The translations under genes and the position numbers were made by a program. Positions 13,916 through 27,138 of a stretch of DNA of 64,000 nucleotides are shown here, piece after piece (the stretch's first letter is position 1; each line of letters opens with the position of its first letter). This DNA is from Camelus ferus (lineage: Eukaryota), in the NCBI RefSeq assembly GCF_009834535.1, contig NC_045705.1, positions 28,026,001-28,090,000 on the forward strand, given 5' to 3'. Below the pieces are notes generated by a model that was not told the DNA's origin, did not search any database, and worked only from the letters and a program-made list of their open reading frames with translations.

Positions 13916-16900
13916 GGTTTGTTAAAATTGCTATGACTATCTTTCAGCAAGCAAAGTTTTTTTATCATAAATAATATCACTTCCAGCCTATAATTTGTGG
14001 TTTTGCCTTTTGAAATGACTGATGTGTACTATTGTTTTGATAATCTTTTCTAATATATTTGCCCAAATGCTTAAAAATAATGAGGGTTAAAAAATGAGTG
14101 TTCCATTATGTGCATGTGTTTCATTGTATATTGTAATGAGTTAATGATGAAAAATATGTTCAAGTGTTTAAATTGTATTTTATAGAACTTGTTAATATTA
14201 GCTCCAGACTAGTCTCCTGATAATTTTAATTCCTCTGTCAGATAAACTGTGTCAAGTTTTTACTCTAGACACATGAGTATTTTTCTCCTGTGACCTCCTT
14301 CTTGTCAGTACTTACATGTTTGTATACCCTTAGAGTATAAAACCCTGGCCTCCTCTGTCTCTCAAAACATATATTTTGGACTGGCAGTCTACAGAATAGT
14401 GATGATAAAAGAAAGGCCAAGGTCCTGCCCTTGATCTGTGAGAGCCAGTCAGCTCACTGTGCTCCAGTCACCCACTGCCTCCTTCAGGCAGCTTCCAAGT
14501 GCAGATCAGTGTGTCCTGGTGGTGGCTACCTCATCGCCCTGCTTAAAGACGAGTCGTACGGTGGCGGGAAATGTGAACGAAGCAGCACCAATCCAAAGGT
14601 GCAGAGCACCTTTCTGTACCTTCTTTAAAATAATGAGGAAATAATAACAAGGCACCCAGTCCTAGTATCTTGACGAATTATAAACTCCTTCCCCCACCTC
14701 TTCATTCTTTTTCTCCCACTTTCTTTTTTCCCTTTGACATAGGTACTTTCTCCCATGAAATGAGTTAATGGAGACTAAGGCCAACTTATTAAACACCACA
14801 TCCCATCATTTTACGAGCCATATTGATGGGAAGTATCAGCAGAAGAGCCGGATATATGCTTAAAATTTTTGTAGGTAAACCTCTTTTTGCGAGCCAAATT
14901 CTACTGACAAATCACTGAGGAAGTTTGCCATTTAAAACACTTCTTCTTTAGGCCAAATCGTCATCCTTTAATTTATCTTTTCGAGTAAATATGCATCTTC
15001 CTGGCCCTTTGTGATACACTCTTTTAGTGGAAAAACAATTCAAAACTCTTAGTTTATTCATATGGAATTAATAACATCTGATGGACAGACAGCCAGTTAT
15101 TCTTTGCTGTATCGTAGGCAGGATCTGTGTGGGTATCATTTCTGTAGCACAGTTGACAAGTTCAGGTATGGAAATGATTCCATTTGAACAGCAGGAGGTG
15201 CATGGTGTGCAGTGGGCTAGCCCGAGGGCCAGAAAAGTAAGTTAGGACATGATTGTGCAGGTACTTGAGTGCTGTGCTCAAGAGGGCAGAGAGCCTTAAA
15301 GTAGAAATAAGATGTGATCTGGTGTACATTTCAGAAAGACAGTTCCAGTGGCAGAGTGGCATGGCAATGTGTGTCTTATGGTATATGTGTTTAACTTGTT
15401 TATCCTGAGAAGAGAGCATTCCCCTTGATGGAGTTCTGTGTCTGATGCTCCCAGGTTTAGTGCTCTTTCGTGCTGCTGTGATTTGCCCTATGTTGTATTT
15501 TGATGAATTGTTCCTGTTGTCCTTTAGTTGACTGTGTTATGTTGCCAGGGCCAGGGCTACATTGTCAGTTGCAGTGGTTGCTTGGAGCCCTGGGGTAACT
15601 TAAAAGAAGATGAGAATTGGTCTGGCTCTAGAATCTTACAAGGCTTTATGGTGGCTGGACATCAGGGGAACCAGGGCATGGTTGTCTGCAGCCTGGTGCA
15701 CAATAAATGTGTTGGAAAGGGCTTATGTGAGAAAGAGAACAGCCTCTTCTCACCATCAGTATTGGTCCAAGTTTTATCTCCTCCCTAGACCACATGAGAG
15801 GGGATGACTGGCTGAGAAGTGTGCCAGGAAGGATTGGAGAAATCAGCTTGCCCTTGTGACCTTGGATCTGTTCCCCTAATTTGGAGATACTTGCTGGACA
15901 GAGCCCAGCATCCGGTTGTAAGTCCAATGCTGCACCATGAGCACTGAATGACCTGGCTTGGCATTCCCTTAGGTCCGGGTTAGTGCCTGGTCCATGTGTT
16001 CCTGTCCCATATCAATAGATTAAATGATGATAAAAATCATGTAAGTCGCCCATTCCAAAGGAGGAATAATAACAGTGAAATTATCCTGATTGAGGCAACT
16101 ACAGGTCATCACCAGATGAAGTGGTGGTGAGTGGTCCCCACAAAGTAAGGGGAAGAAATCTTAATGAGAATAGCTGGGACTCCGGACCCCTGAGGTTTAA
16201 TCGGAGGGTCCAGTTTGGCTCTCTAGGCCTTCATGTCTCCAGTTCCATCTGATTATTTCACTTTTCATCTTATCCAGTAATTTAGGATTAGCCCTTTCTT
16301 CTCTCTCAGTGGCTTGCTTACCTGGGCTTTCCCTTTACCAGGTTAGTGGAGATAATCCAAAAGATGTTTAGAAGCCTTGTTGCCTCCTTTACAGTTTTGC
16401 TCTCAAAACCTTCAGGGTTAAATTTAGTCTTGTTCTTATTTCCTGCAGAGCAGTGAAGTGCCAAGGTGAGAACAAGAGTGGTGTGGAAATTCTATAGAGG
16501 TGGCCAGGATGACAGGAAGACCAGCCTCAACCTGGAAGAAAGGCCCTACTAGCCAGGGCTTTTTTCTTTGCAATTTCAGTTGTTCTGTGACTAAAATCTA
16601 AGGAAAGGCTTATTTCTCCTCAAGAACAATGATCTTTAGACCAGAAATGGTGGAGTTTAGAAATAATTAAACCTCCAGGTACTGAACCATACTCTTCTAA
16701 AATAGTTCTGGTTTTATGCCTGGAACGGTTTCCATCTCTAAATACTGAGAGAGTTTGCAAATGAAATCGTTAGTTACTATTAGGGAAATCATGGAAAATG
16801 GGGAACGTGCCACCATTCCAGAGGCAGGTAAATACAGGTCCAGTCTCAAACAAACAGCAATCCAAAGACAAGTTCTGAGACAGATCTCCTTTGCGTTGCT

Positions 16901-17487
16901 TGTTACTGGTTTGAGATCACTTGTTTTAACATCTGCCAGACTCAGAGTTGCCTTCCTTCTCTAGGCCTGACTGTTCTTTGATTCCTTTAATGACAATTTT
17001 AGACCCTCAAGACACTGTAGACTGTTAGCTCCTTTTCAAATGAACATGGCCTAAACAATGTTACCTGCCCTGCCCACAGCTAACCTGAGGGTAGGAAAAC
17101 CATCCCTTCTGATGGTGCTGGCCCTGAAGCTGCTGCTTGGCTTGGTGAACACAGTGGATGATACGGAGTGGCCCTGTCTGCCCCCAGATCCCTTAGGAAA
17201 TTTCGGGGCTAGCATTCTGACAAATAGAGGGGATGTCCCAACTTTCTTTCTTACCTTTCTTAGAGCAGAGAAGGAGGTGGATGGGGGTGTGACCCAAAGT
17301 AAAATTTATTAACAGTTTCCACTTACAGCAAAGTACCACTGAGTTTTCTTTGTTTTGTTTTATTTGGGGATGAGGAGTAGGAGTCTTAAGCAGGAGATCA
17401 GAATTTAGTTCTTTCTTCGTCAGATAACCAGCCAAAGTGGGGACTTGAGACTGTGTCTTATTAGGTAGAGAAAGGAAGCATGACATA

Positions 17488-17488
<1 letters not shown>

Positions 17489-17520
<32 letters not shown>
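17489..17520. repeat. (CA)16 microsatellite
   Basis: Direct read. Confidence 0.95.
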
Positions 17521-17521
<1 letters not shown>

Positions 17522-17832
17522 CTAATCAAGACCAGTTCTACCTCCCACATATTTTTAAATTGACTCAATTCTTTTTATCCCCAGTGATTCCTTCCAGATT
17601 CCAAGCCCCTGAATTTCTCAGTGGGAGACACTAGAATAGCCTAACCAGCCTTTTCCATCCAGCATGTCTTCCTCCTCAGACTTGGTACTCCAGCCAACGT
17701 GTTATTTTACATCAGGTCTTATCACAGCCCTGTCACATCCTTCAGGGACTTCTCCTTTCCGTCAAGTCCAGAATCTTGAATGTGACCCCTAGGGAAGGAA
17801 GTGTGACTTGGCCCCTGCCCACCTCTCCCCTT

Positions 17833-17894
17833 CTTTATTTTTTTTAATTGAAGTATAGTAGTCAGTTTGCAATGTTGTGTCAGTTTCTGGTGTG
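17833..17894 (-). mobile_element. Very short L1 3' end
   Basis: ttaattgaagtatagt...tgcaatgttgtgtcagtttctggtgt flanked by cacctctccc repeats. Confidence 0.75.
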
Positions 17895-18468
17895 CTCACC
17901 TCTCCCTTTGACCTTAGGGGGTCTCTCCCTCTGCTGTTGTGCTCAGTCTCTCGAACCTAGTGTTCCCTTAGGCTGTTCCCTCCCCCATGGAAGGCTCCCT
18001 CGGGTCCCAGTTTACTAATTCTACTCACCCTTCAGTTGTCAACTAAAGCGTTCTGTGCTTGGGGATGGAGAAGGGGGTGCTTCGAGACTAGATTACGTCT
18101 CAGCCACATGCTGTGTGTCTTCGTCCCCCTTAGCCCCATTTTTAATTCGTTCAGTGTCTCTCTACAGGCTGTAAGCCCCGTGAGGGCTGGTCCCACATCC
18201 TTTTCATTCTTTGCCATGTCCTAGCCCCAGTCCTCCCATATGGCAGGTAGGCAATAAATACTTTTTGCATAAAATAAATAAAGGGATTAAAAAACTGAAA
18301 ATCCCAGTCCTTCGGGAATAAGGATCACACGTCCCATGTGTGGCCCCAGAAGGCTGGCCTTAGATCAGTTGTTGATATTTACACTGAAGTAAATGGTGAA
18401 AACTTTCTAAACTTTGGATCTGCCAGACATGGAGTGGGCAGAAAGTAAGAAGCTTTCTGACTCTAGGT

Positions 18469-18790
18469 CAGAGGTTGCAAACCAAGAGTCTGTGGGCTGA
18501 ATGTGCCCTGCCAACATATTTTGGTTGGCTCCAGCAGTGTTTTCAAAATTGAGACATATCACACCCAAATCTCTAGCTTCTCTTGGGAAAAATCTGAAAA
18601 TAGGGTAACACGGACCTGAACTGCTGCTTGGCAACAGGTGATTAGAGCTGAGTAACAGCTGATCGTGCTAGGTAGGTAGGCTGCATTCTCCTGATTACCG
18701 CAGTCCCCACTAGTCCCTACTGCCTGACTTACTGCATTCATTTATGCTACTTCGCTGGCCCTTGGAGGCATTTGAGTTTCCGTTCTCCTG
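18469..18790. mobile_element. MER102-like hAT-Charlie fossil
   Basis: cagaggttgcaaac...ggcatttgagtttccgttctcctg inverted ends. Confidence 0.65.
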
Positions 18791-21700
18791 TTCAGTAACT
18801 CCAAACATTCAATCTACTGAAGCTAAATAACTGCTTACTTGGTGGAGCTGAAGGATTAGAATGGCATCAATTAAATCAATCTCTTCCATCCCTATGATTA
18901 TCTGAAATCAAATCACTTGGGATATGAGGCCCTTTGCCTGCTTTAGAAAAGCTAATTTTTTTTCCTTGTAATACCCCACTGTATTCATTGTATGTCATTC
19001 AGCCAGAAGTATGTGATGCTATGCCCTGACCATGCAGTAGATAATAAATGTTTGGGTGGGTGGCCAGATGGACAGAAAGCACAGGAGAAGCATTTGTTTT
19101 CCTTTTTTTTACCTGGATTTGTCTCTGGCATGTGACATAGTACCAGTAGGGGGAGCCCTCTATTAATTTGGAAATCCATGAGAAGAATCTGTTCAGCAGT
19201 CTAATCATATTTAATTTAGGGATTATGCTAAGAATTTATCCCCTCGTTCTGCCCCAAGAATTCAAGTTAACATTAGGAAATTAATAAATTGCAGTTAGGA
19301 GAATATGGCCTTCACCACTGATCTCCACTCAAGGCTTTTCTAGATGGAGACATTTCAAGTTAATATTTAGAGTCTTTTAATCCATTTGAAAGCAGCTATC
19401 ATTAAAGTCTTAAAAATTTCCAAATTTGGGGGCACATTTAGCCCTTGAGGCCTCATAGTAATGGGCTGCTTCAGGCACAACTACAAAATGATAGGTTGGC
19501 CAACCTACATGACAACCACTCTTTCCATAGTTTTCATCTTTAAAAAATGAGGGAGTAGTTGTAGATTGGTGCTAAGGTTCTTTATAGCTCAAAGTAAAAC
19601 TAGCTTGCAGGAGAAATGCCTTATAAATGGATGGAAATGTAAAAATCTCTTTGAGAACTTGAGGGATTATTTTCTCCTCCCCAAATCTGTCACTTTTGGA
19701 GAAATCAGAATATTTTGGGAAAATGTTAAGTAATGGAAGCTCTTAGCATATTATGGAGTGCTAAACTTAGAAAAACAATATATGGTGGTATATGCATTCT
19801 TTTCATCTTCATTTTTGTTTGGAGTTTATAAATTATGGCTTTAGAGTCATTATTATTAATTGGCAACCACTTCTCAGTTCTGGGAAGTTCTTTTCCTTTT
19901 GTTAAAAAATTTTTAACAGATATCACACCAGATTTTTTTTACAAAAGGAAAAGCTTTGTTTTTTATGGTGAGGTTGCATTTCAGGTTAAGTATTATGGTA
20001 GCGGGGAGGCAAGGAGGACTCATAACTTCCATAAAGACCTAAATGTTAATAGAGAGGAAAACTAAATCATACTCAGAGGTCTCAAACCACTGTAAAAACT
20101 TTATCTATTTAAGCTTTTCACACCTTGTGCAGTGACTATTCTGTTAGCCATATAGTTGAGATTCTAAAAATTTCTAATTAAGTTTTATTCTCAGTACCAC
20201 AGAGCTCAAATTATACAGTTTGTCAAAGGAAATGTGTGCTGTGTCATTCTAGTATGACTTCCAGTGGCGTTACCACCTAATTTCTCCAAAACAGGCATTG
20301 TGTAACATCGCTGATACTTTATGTAATTCTTTTTGCTATTATACTATGATTTTTTAAATTATTGTTAATGATTCCAATTGAAAATTTGCTTAAGGCGTTT
20401 GCATCTATTTCCTTTTAATTTGTGTGGGTGCATTTTTCAGTCGCTTGAATTCAGATCCTGTTTACTCCAAGCTGGTTTCTCTGGGGTAGAAGGCAGAGCA
20501 GATGTGGACAAAGTGGCTATTCGTGGTGTCCTAATTATTTGAAGGAATAACCTGGATTCTTGGGGCTTTGCCAATTCTAAGGCAAGTTGTTACACTGTAC
20601 TTCTTACTTATATATATTGGTGATACAGGTGTCAATTATTTGTTTTCTTATTTTACTAAAGTATCTTGAATTTTAGTCTTTTCATTGGGGTTTTTGGTTA
20701 TTTTTTTAAGCATTATGCAGTAGTGTTCTCTTTAGTCTGTTCTCTTCAATGAATGACCAAACGCCAGAGGTTACATGATACAAAAATAATTTGCTCAGAA
20801 AAAGGAATTACTTGCTTGTAAAACAATTTGCATAATTTGTATAATTTGCTTATGTTATCAGTTCTCATAGCAAACTCAGAAGTGGAAAACTTAGACTGGC
20901 TTTAGAGTGTAAAATAAGTTTCCTTCTGCAAACTCTTGATAACTGATGCCAGAGAAGTGAAAAGAAAAACATGATTCATGTTAATTTCTTTTAGAAATAA
21001 CATTAGTTGTGGGGGCTTTTCTAATTACAAAAGCAATGAAGCAGTTGCCAAAAATATGAGAAATATTTCAGAGTACTAAGATAGTTACATTTTAATATTA
21101 CATTTTCAAGGACATTTTTAGGCTAGCCAATGCACTTTTGAGTTAGATAATACCAGTTTTGGTTTTGTATGAATTAAACCAGCCTTTTATTTATTTCCCA
21201 GCCCGAATATACTTAGTTGTGGCAGTAAATACCAGTAAATATTCCACTCTTGAAATAGAATATTTGCTGTCTCCAAGAGGAATTCGAAATTGAGCTATTG
21301 TTGGTGAAGACGCAGTTACCTTTGTATATGTGTGTGCTCTGTGGCCAGCTTGCATGCAAAGTGATGTAGTATCTAGGTGTGATGTAACGTATACTGACCT
21401 TTTCCCCTTTGGTTGTAGGCTTCTAGGGCTTCTTTTTGATAAGGATTGATGAAACTGTCACTAAAAAATAATTATCTCTATAAATAGGAAACATTTGCTT
21501 TTTCTGCAAGGATTTGAAGAGGTACTATTACATGACTTTTATCTACTTTTTAGGAAAGAAGTAAATTTAAATTGTTTGCTGTATACTTTTGGAAATAACC
21601 TCAACATAGGAGAAAACAAGTATAGAAATCATGTTTACTACTATTTTTTTAATATTCTTAACCACTGAACTTAGAAGTTATGGTAAGCTTATTTTAGCAA

Positions 21701-22457
21701 TAGCTTAAAAGGAACAAAAATTTTCCTGGTAGAGCAATTATCACCTGCAGATGGCCTAAAATTAGCATATTGAGTTCACTCTAGAAACAGCTTGTGAGCT
21801 GTGAAAGTGGAGTTCAGACAGATAGTGAGATTTCACAGAGACACTTGGTATATGGTATAAATAACCAGATATCAAGATACCAATCGATGCATGTCAAGTA
21901 AAATGAGACTGCTAATAGCTTAGTTAAAATAGCCTATGTAAAACTTGATGTCAAGGAGAATCTCATTTGATGTGAACACTGTGAAGCCTTTCTACTTATA
22001 CATAGAATATTAAGAATTATCTGTATATACATACCCAAACAAAGAAGGCTTGAAATTGAATTTATGATGACCTGTATTTAGATTAGAAGGAAAGATAACT
22101 TTTAAGTATAGATGAAGGCAGTAATCAATTTTATAAAGCCTGTAGATTTCAGGTTAACTTCTCTCAGGCTTTCCACTGTTGTTATATTTGACAAATCCAA
22201 GAAGGTATTCTATTCTATGGCAAGGAGAAATAATTTGGAGTCAGAATTTGAAAGGAGAAGCCAATGAACAATGCAGAAGAATTTAACTTTTTCATAAGTG
22301 GATTTCTGTCTTTGCTGATGAATCATTTGGTCATTGAGCATTCCAACAAGGATTTCTGGCCTTTAATAGCCAGGCATTGAAAACACTGCTTCTTCCTTTG
22401 TGTTAAGTAATTAAAACTAATTGAGTTTTAATTCACATATAAAAAGAATGTATTTTA

Positions 22458-22562
22458 GTGCTTGCTTCAGCAGCACATGCTAGAACTGGAACGACGCAGA
22501 GATAAGTAGCATGACCCTGTGCAAGGTTGACATGCAAATCTGTGAAGCACTGCGTATTTTTT
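22458..22562 (+). pseudogene. U6 snRNA retropseudogene (5' part of a U6-L1 chimera)
   Basis: gtgcttgcttcagcagcacat...gcaaggttgacatgcaaatctgtgaagcactgcgtatttttt follows U6 from its 5' end to the U-tail, with many substitutions. Confidence 0.93.
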
Positions 22563-22688
22563 ATGTTAACCAAACTTACTGCGGTCATCTTTTCACAGTA
22601 TATACATCTACCAAACCACTATGTTATCTACCGTAAACTAATAAAAAGTTACATGTCAATTATATCTCAATAAAACTGGGAGAAAAAA
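22563..22688 (+). mobile_element. L1 3' end fused to U6
   Basis: Ends in tgtcaattatatctcaataaaactgggagaaaaaa, a typical L1 3' terminus; imperfect TSD at 22441-22457 / 22684-22700. Confidence 0.85.
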
Positions 22689-25110
22689 TGATGTATTTTG
22701 GACATGTACCTACACTGGAGACCAGCAGGACCAATTAAATGCTTAGCATGTTGTTGATAGAGTTTTATAAGTAAGAGTATGTCTTACGGGGTTTTATTTT
22801 GTCTCTGATCATTTTCTGGATAATTTTTACCATTCAGAAAAGAGACATTTAATATATGACATATACAGTGTAAGGGAGAAAAAAGCTCCCAATATGTGCA
22901 TTTGTATTTCCTTAATATCCTAGCATAAAGTGATATTTCATATTGAACTGTATTTAAATGTGTAAATTTATATCTTGGGGGAAAAAACCTGAATTGAGCT
23001 TTAAAATTTGCATGACCACTTACTAAATATTCATATTGGTACTGAGATCCCTGGTCAGAATAAAGGAAAATATCAGCAGATCTTGTAAACTTCCCTGGTA
23101 GTTCTCCAGATTGATCACTGCCTGCAAATCCCATACCTTCTCCTCTTCTTTAGTTCCCTGTAGAAAAACTAAACAGTCAGTGGCTACCCTGTGAACTCCA
23201 CTTAGCTACTTTGCAGTTAACAAGTCTCATTTCAAATGAGACTTCCTTATGTGCATGTGCAGGCGCACCCCCCACCCCCACACCAGTCCTAGCCCTGGGT
23301 GAGAACATTTCTTCATCAGTCTTCTCATTCCTCATCCTGTTTCTGGTGGTCCTCAGGACTTCGGGGACCTGCATAATTGCTTCTCGTCACTAAATGCTTG
23401 GGGACCACTTTATAATACGTTAGCTAAATCATTTTGGTCCCCTGATGAAATGTACTAAATAAAAAGTATTTTCAGATACTGCTAAGAATGCATATAATCT
23501 ATCCTTACAAATAAAATACACCACAACTGTTACTCTGCCTGATGTACATCTGTTTGTACTGGCATGAGAAGCTGTCCATGTGCAAATTGTCTAACAGATA
23601 TAATAGGATGCCCATATTTTTACTACTTTGTATACTTGACGCATTCAACAAAAAGTTTTTTAAAATGCATGAATTCTATGGCATATATTGTAATTTCTTT
23701 CAGCTGTTTGCATTTCTGTGGTTCTTGTGATTAGAATTTTTTTCTGCCTAGTGAACTCTTATTTACTCTTTCAGGACTTAACTGAAATGTAATCTGTGAA
23801 CTCTACCTGATTCCCCAAACATAACTAGTTCCTCTCCTAAGCATTGGTGCCCTCTGTCTCTACCTCTGTTGTACCACTTACAGCATTGTCTTGTAATCAT
23901 GTATTTATATAAAGATCTGTTCTCCTGCTAGATTGTGAGCTCCCATCACCCAGCTCTGGTTCAAGTACATAACATGCCCTCTACTGAATGAAAGCATGCC
24001 TCTTTATTACTTCGTGTTGCTCCCGGCCATGAGTTGATATGCATGGAGCATTTTAAGAGCTCTTTTATTTTCTGTATTTGTTAAAGTAACATCAAATGTA
24101 TTTTGTGATTCCAGTTCTTTATTTTTTATCCATATGATTATTGAGGTTTTCTTTTAAAAAAACAGCTTTATTATGGAGTAATTTGCATACCTAAAATTCA
24201 GCCATTTTAAGTGTACAATTGAATGGTTTTAGTAAATTTACAGAACTGTGCAATAATCACTACGATTTAATTTTAGAACAACTTTTTTTACCCTAAAAAG
24301 CTCCCAACTGAGGTACTTGAAAATATGGCTGGAATGGTCCAGAAACTTATGTATGGTGAGTTGAACTGGATGACCTCAAAATGTGTCACTGTCTTTTACA
24401 GTGTCTATACTCTGTAGGGTACAACATGCTTAAGGGAGGCCTGGATACTTAGAGAAGCTCCATCCTGAAGGAATAGTGCATGTTGGCAATAGGGGACACT
24501 AATTTCCTCCCTCCCGGGGGCTTACTCTGTGATGCATCTGTGCTGGTCCACTGTATACATTACCTTCCTGGAGGTTCAGACTAGAGTAAGCTGCAGCGTA
24601 GATGACTTCTTCATTTAACGCACAGGGACCCAGCAGAAGAAGATATGGAATGAACTTGAGGTCACACTGCTAGTAAGTAGAAGGGCTGGGGTGAGCACTT
24701 TGGCCTGAGTACAAACCACGTCTCCTTAAACGTTCAGTAGCTACATGTTGAGCAATTACTCTACTCCTATAAAAAGATGAATCTTAGAAAACATTGTTAA
24801 CAAATTTGAAGAGTTATTGTTTAATCTGAGAAGAGAAGGGGTGACTGAGTTGAAAGGATAAACTTTGAAACCAGCTTTTTCTTTGGGTAGAGACCATACG
24901 GTTTGGGTAGAGACCGAGCAGGCACAGTCTGACTTGAGTCAAGCAGACCTAGGCAAGCAGAGAAATAGAATCGTGTTTTAACAAACTGAAATATTGAAGG
25001 TGTCGGGGGCTGTCTGCTAATTTCTGATCGAGTTTGCTTTGGTGATTGTTTCTCTTTTAAGTCTTCAAATGTTCACCTTGGTTGGTCTTCAGCAACCCAA
25101 TGGTCAGTTA

Positions 25111-25616
25111 TGTCACTTAGAATATTGGTTTGGCTGCTGTAATAAGAGATTTAGTAATGGCTTGCACAAAAGAGAAGTTTCTTTCTCCATCAGAGTCAAA
25201 GCTAGGTAGGTAATCAAGGTTTGGCATCACAGCTCCACAATCATTAGGAATCCTGCCTCTTTTTCCCTCATTGCGCTGCCACCATTAGCGTGTGGCTTTC
25301 ACCTTGGGGTCTAAGGTGGCTGTTTTATATCCTTCCATCACATCTACTTTCTGGCCATCAAGAGGAGGACTAGGCAAAGAGAAGGACGTGTATTTTTTTC
25401 TCCTTTAAGGCATGACTAAGAAGTTGCATGTATTACTTGTGCTCACATCTTATTAGGCAGTGCACAGTCATCGGGCCATTTGCACTGTGACACAGAAGGC
25501 AGAAGGTAGTTTTTATGGAGGGCAGTGAGGATGGGAAGGAGAACATATAGCCAACTGAAAATTCAATTGTTAAGGAAAGAATGAATGTTGGGGGACAGTT
25601 GGCATTCTCTGCCCCA
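25111..25616 (-). mobile_element. MLT1-type MaLR LTR
   Basis: ggtttggctgctgtaataa..., gaagttgcatgtattacttgtgctcacatc. Confidence 0.6.
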
Positions 25617-26457
25617 TCATTCTATGAAGATAAGTTTAACATGGAAAGCATGGACTTATACATAAGAAGGAGGGAGACGTGGAATGCTGCAGGCCAAACT
25701 CTTTCTTAGGGTCTCTCCTTTTTCATCTGGGCCAGGAGATTTGGCCAAATCTAGATACTTCTGTTGACATGGTTCCCCTGGGCGTTGAAGACACCACTTT
25801 GTCTGTTTCGAAGTTGGCAGTGTGTTAGTCTATCTTTTATGACGCAGTGTCAGTTTGGATTTGTGTTTCTCCTGGAAAAGTGTATGCAGTGGCTCCAAAG
25901 TTGGTATCTGGGTTGTGACTCCCATAGAGCAGATTCCACATTGCTAAAGTCTGGATGCATTTTCTTTCTTCAAAAGATTTCTAGGAAAAAATTCTCTCCT
26001 CATCAGAATGCTACTTTAAGACACTATTGTTCAAGATAGAAAGCTTAAAATGCCTATACTTGGCATGCATGCACACTTTTCTGTAACAAAATAACATTTG
26101 TTTCTTAGAAAACTGATGATATGTAGTCCAGAGTTCATGTTCCAACCTCAACACTTAACTCTGACGTAGCTTTGACTAAGCCAGTGGAAGTCTTGACTTT
26201 TCGTAGTTAATAGTATCTTAAAACAGAGTTTAGAAGTAGTTTCTGTCATCATACTATATATATTTAGTCAACAGTTAGGAAATCCTTTAAAAATGCATGT
26301 GTCATTTTTTTCATTGTTGGTTACTTGAGATCATAGATAATAGCTTTCTTTAAGGATGAATTTTACTCGCAACTAGTTTGAGCAAGAAGAGAAATAAATG
26401 TGAAGATACACTTAATATTTGAACATTGTCACTTTATGGCATCCTTCTAAAGGCTTT

Positions 26458-26664
26458 AAAAAATTTTTTTTATTGAAGCATAGTTGATTTACAATGTTAG
26501 TTTCAGGTGTACAGCAAAGTAATTCAGTTATACATATACATACATACATATTTTTTCTTTTCAGATTCTTTTCCATTATATGTTATTATAAGAAATTGAA
26601 TATAGTTTCCTGTGCTATATAGTAGGTCCTTGTTGTTTATCTGTTTTATATATAGTAATGTGTG
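26458..26664 (-). mobile_element. 5'-truncated L1 3' end
   Basis: ttattgaagcatagttgatttacaatg...; TSD tctaaaggcttt at 26446-26457 and 26665-26676. Confidence 0.85.
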
Positions 26665-27103
26665 TCTAAAGGCTTTTTTGATGAGAAAAGATTATTTGAG
26701 CTCTTGAGATTAGAAAGCTTAAGTACGTTTGGTAGGCAGGATATTTCTCGTGATAATGTATGTTTATTTCTGAGACTACATTTTCCAAAATGTAGATGTC
26801 ACCATAAATCCTTAATTATTTGAAGATCTCTATGCCGGTATTACATTTCAGGCAAGACTAATTTTAGCCAAGTTCACTGAAAGTATTTGCAGTGTTACCT
26901 CCAGTAATTTCATCTGATTCCTTATTATGCGCTCTTGACACAGCCAAATGATACACAGTATACAAAATAAACTGCTCTCTGTAGAAGTGGTGAGCGGTTT
27001 CGTGATTCCTCCTTGTTTGTGTGGGTGAGTTCTCTCCACTCCCTCTGTTGCCTGCATCCTCAGTCATCAGTCATCACAGATGTTTTGTTTTTCTCTTTTG
27101 CAG

Positions 27104-27138
27104 ATGACACGGTTGGTACTGCCCGGCATGGTAGAAAG
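27104..27138 (+). CDS. HSD17B12: HSD17B12 coding exon (exon 7 equivalent), MTRLVLPGMVE(R)
   Basis: ttctcttttgcag| acceptor, |gtgagt donor, 35 nt; matches recalled MTQLVLPGMVER. Confidence 0.95.

Noticed and set aside
22458..22562. Functional U6 snRNA gene
   Set aside because: Substitutions in the ACAGAGA box region, fusion to an L1 tail and a TSD; no evident PSE/TATA promoter
24882..24915. Short direct repeats (also 8391-8414, 36969-36992) as a CRISPR-like array
   Set aside because: Only two or three units without unique spacers, in mammalian DNA; ordinary slippage duplications
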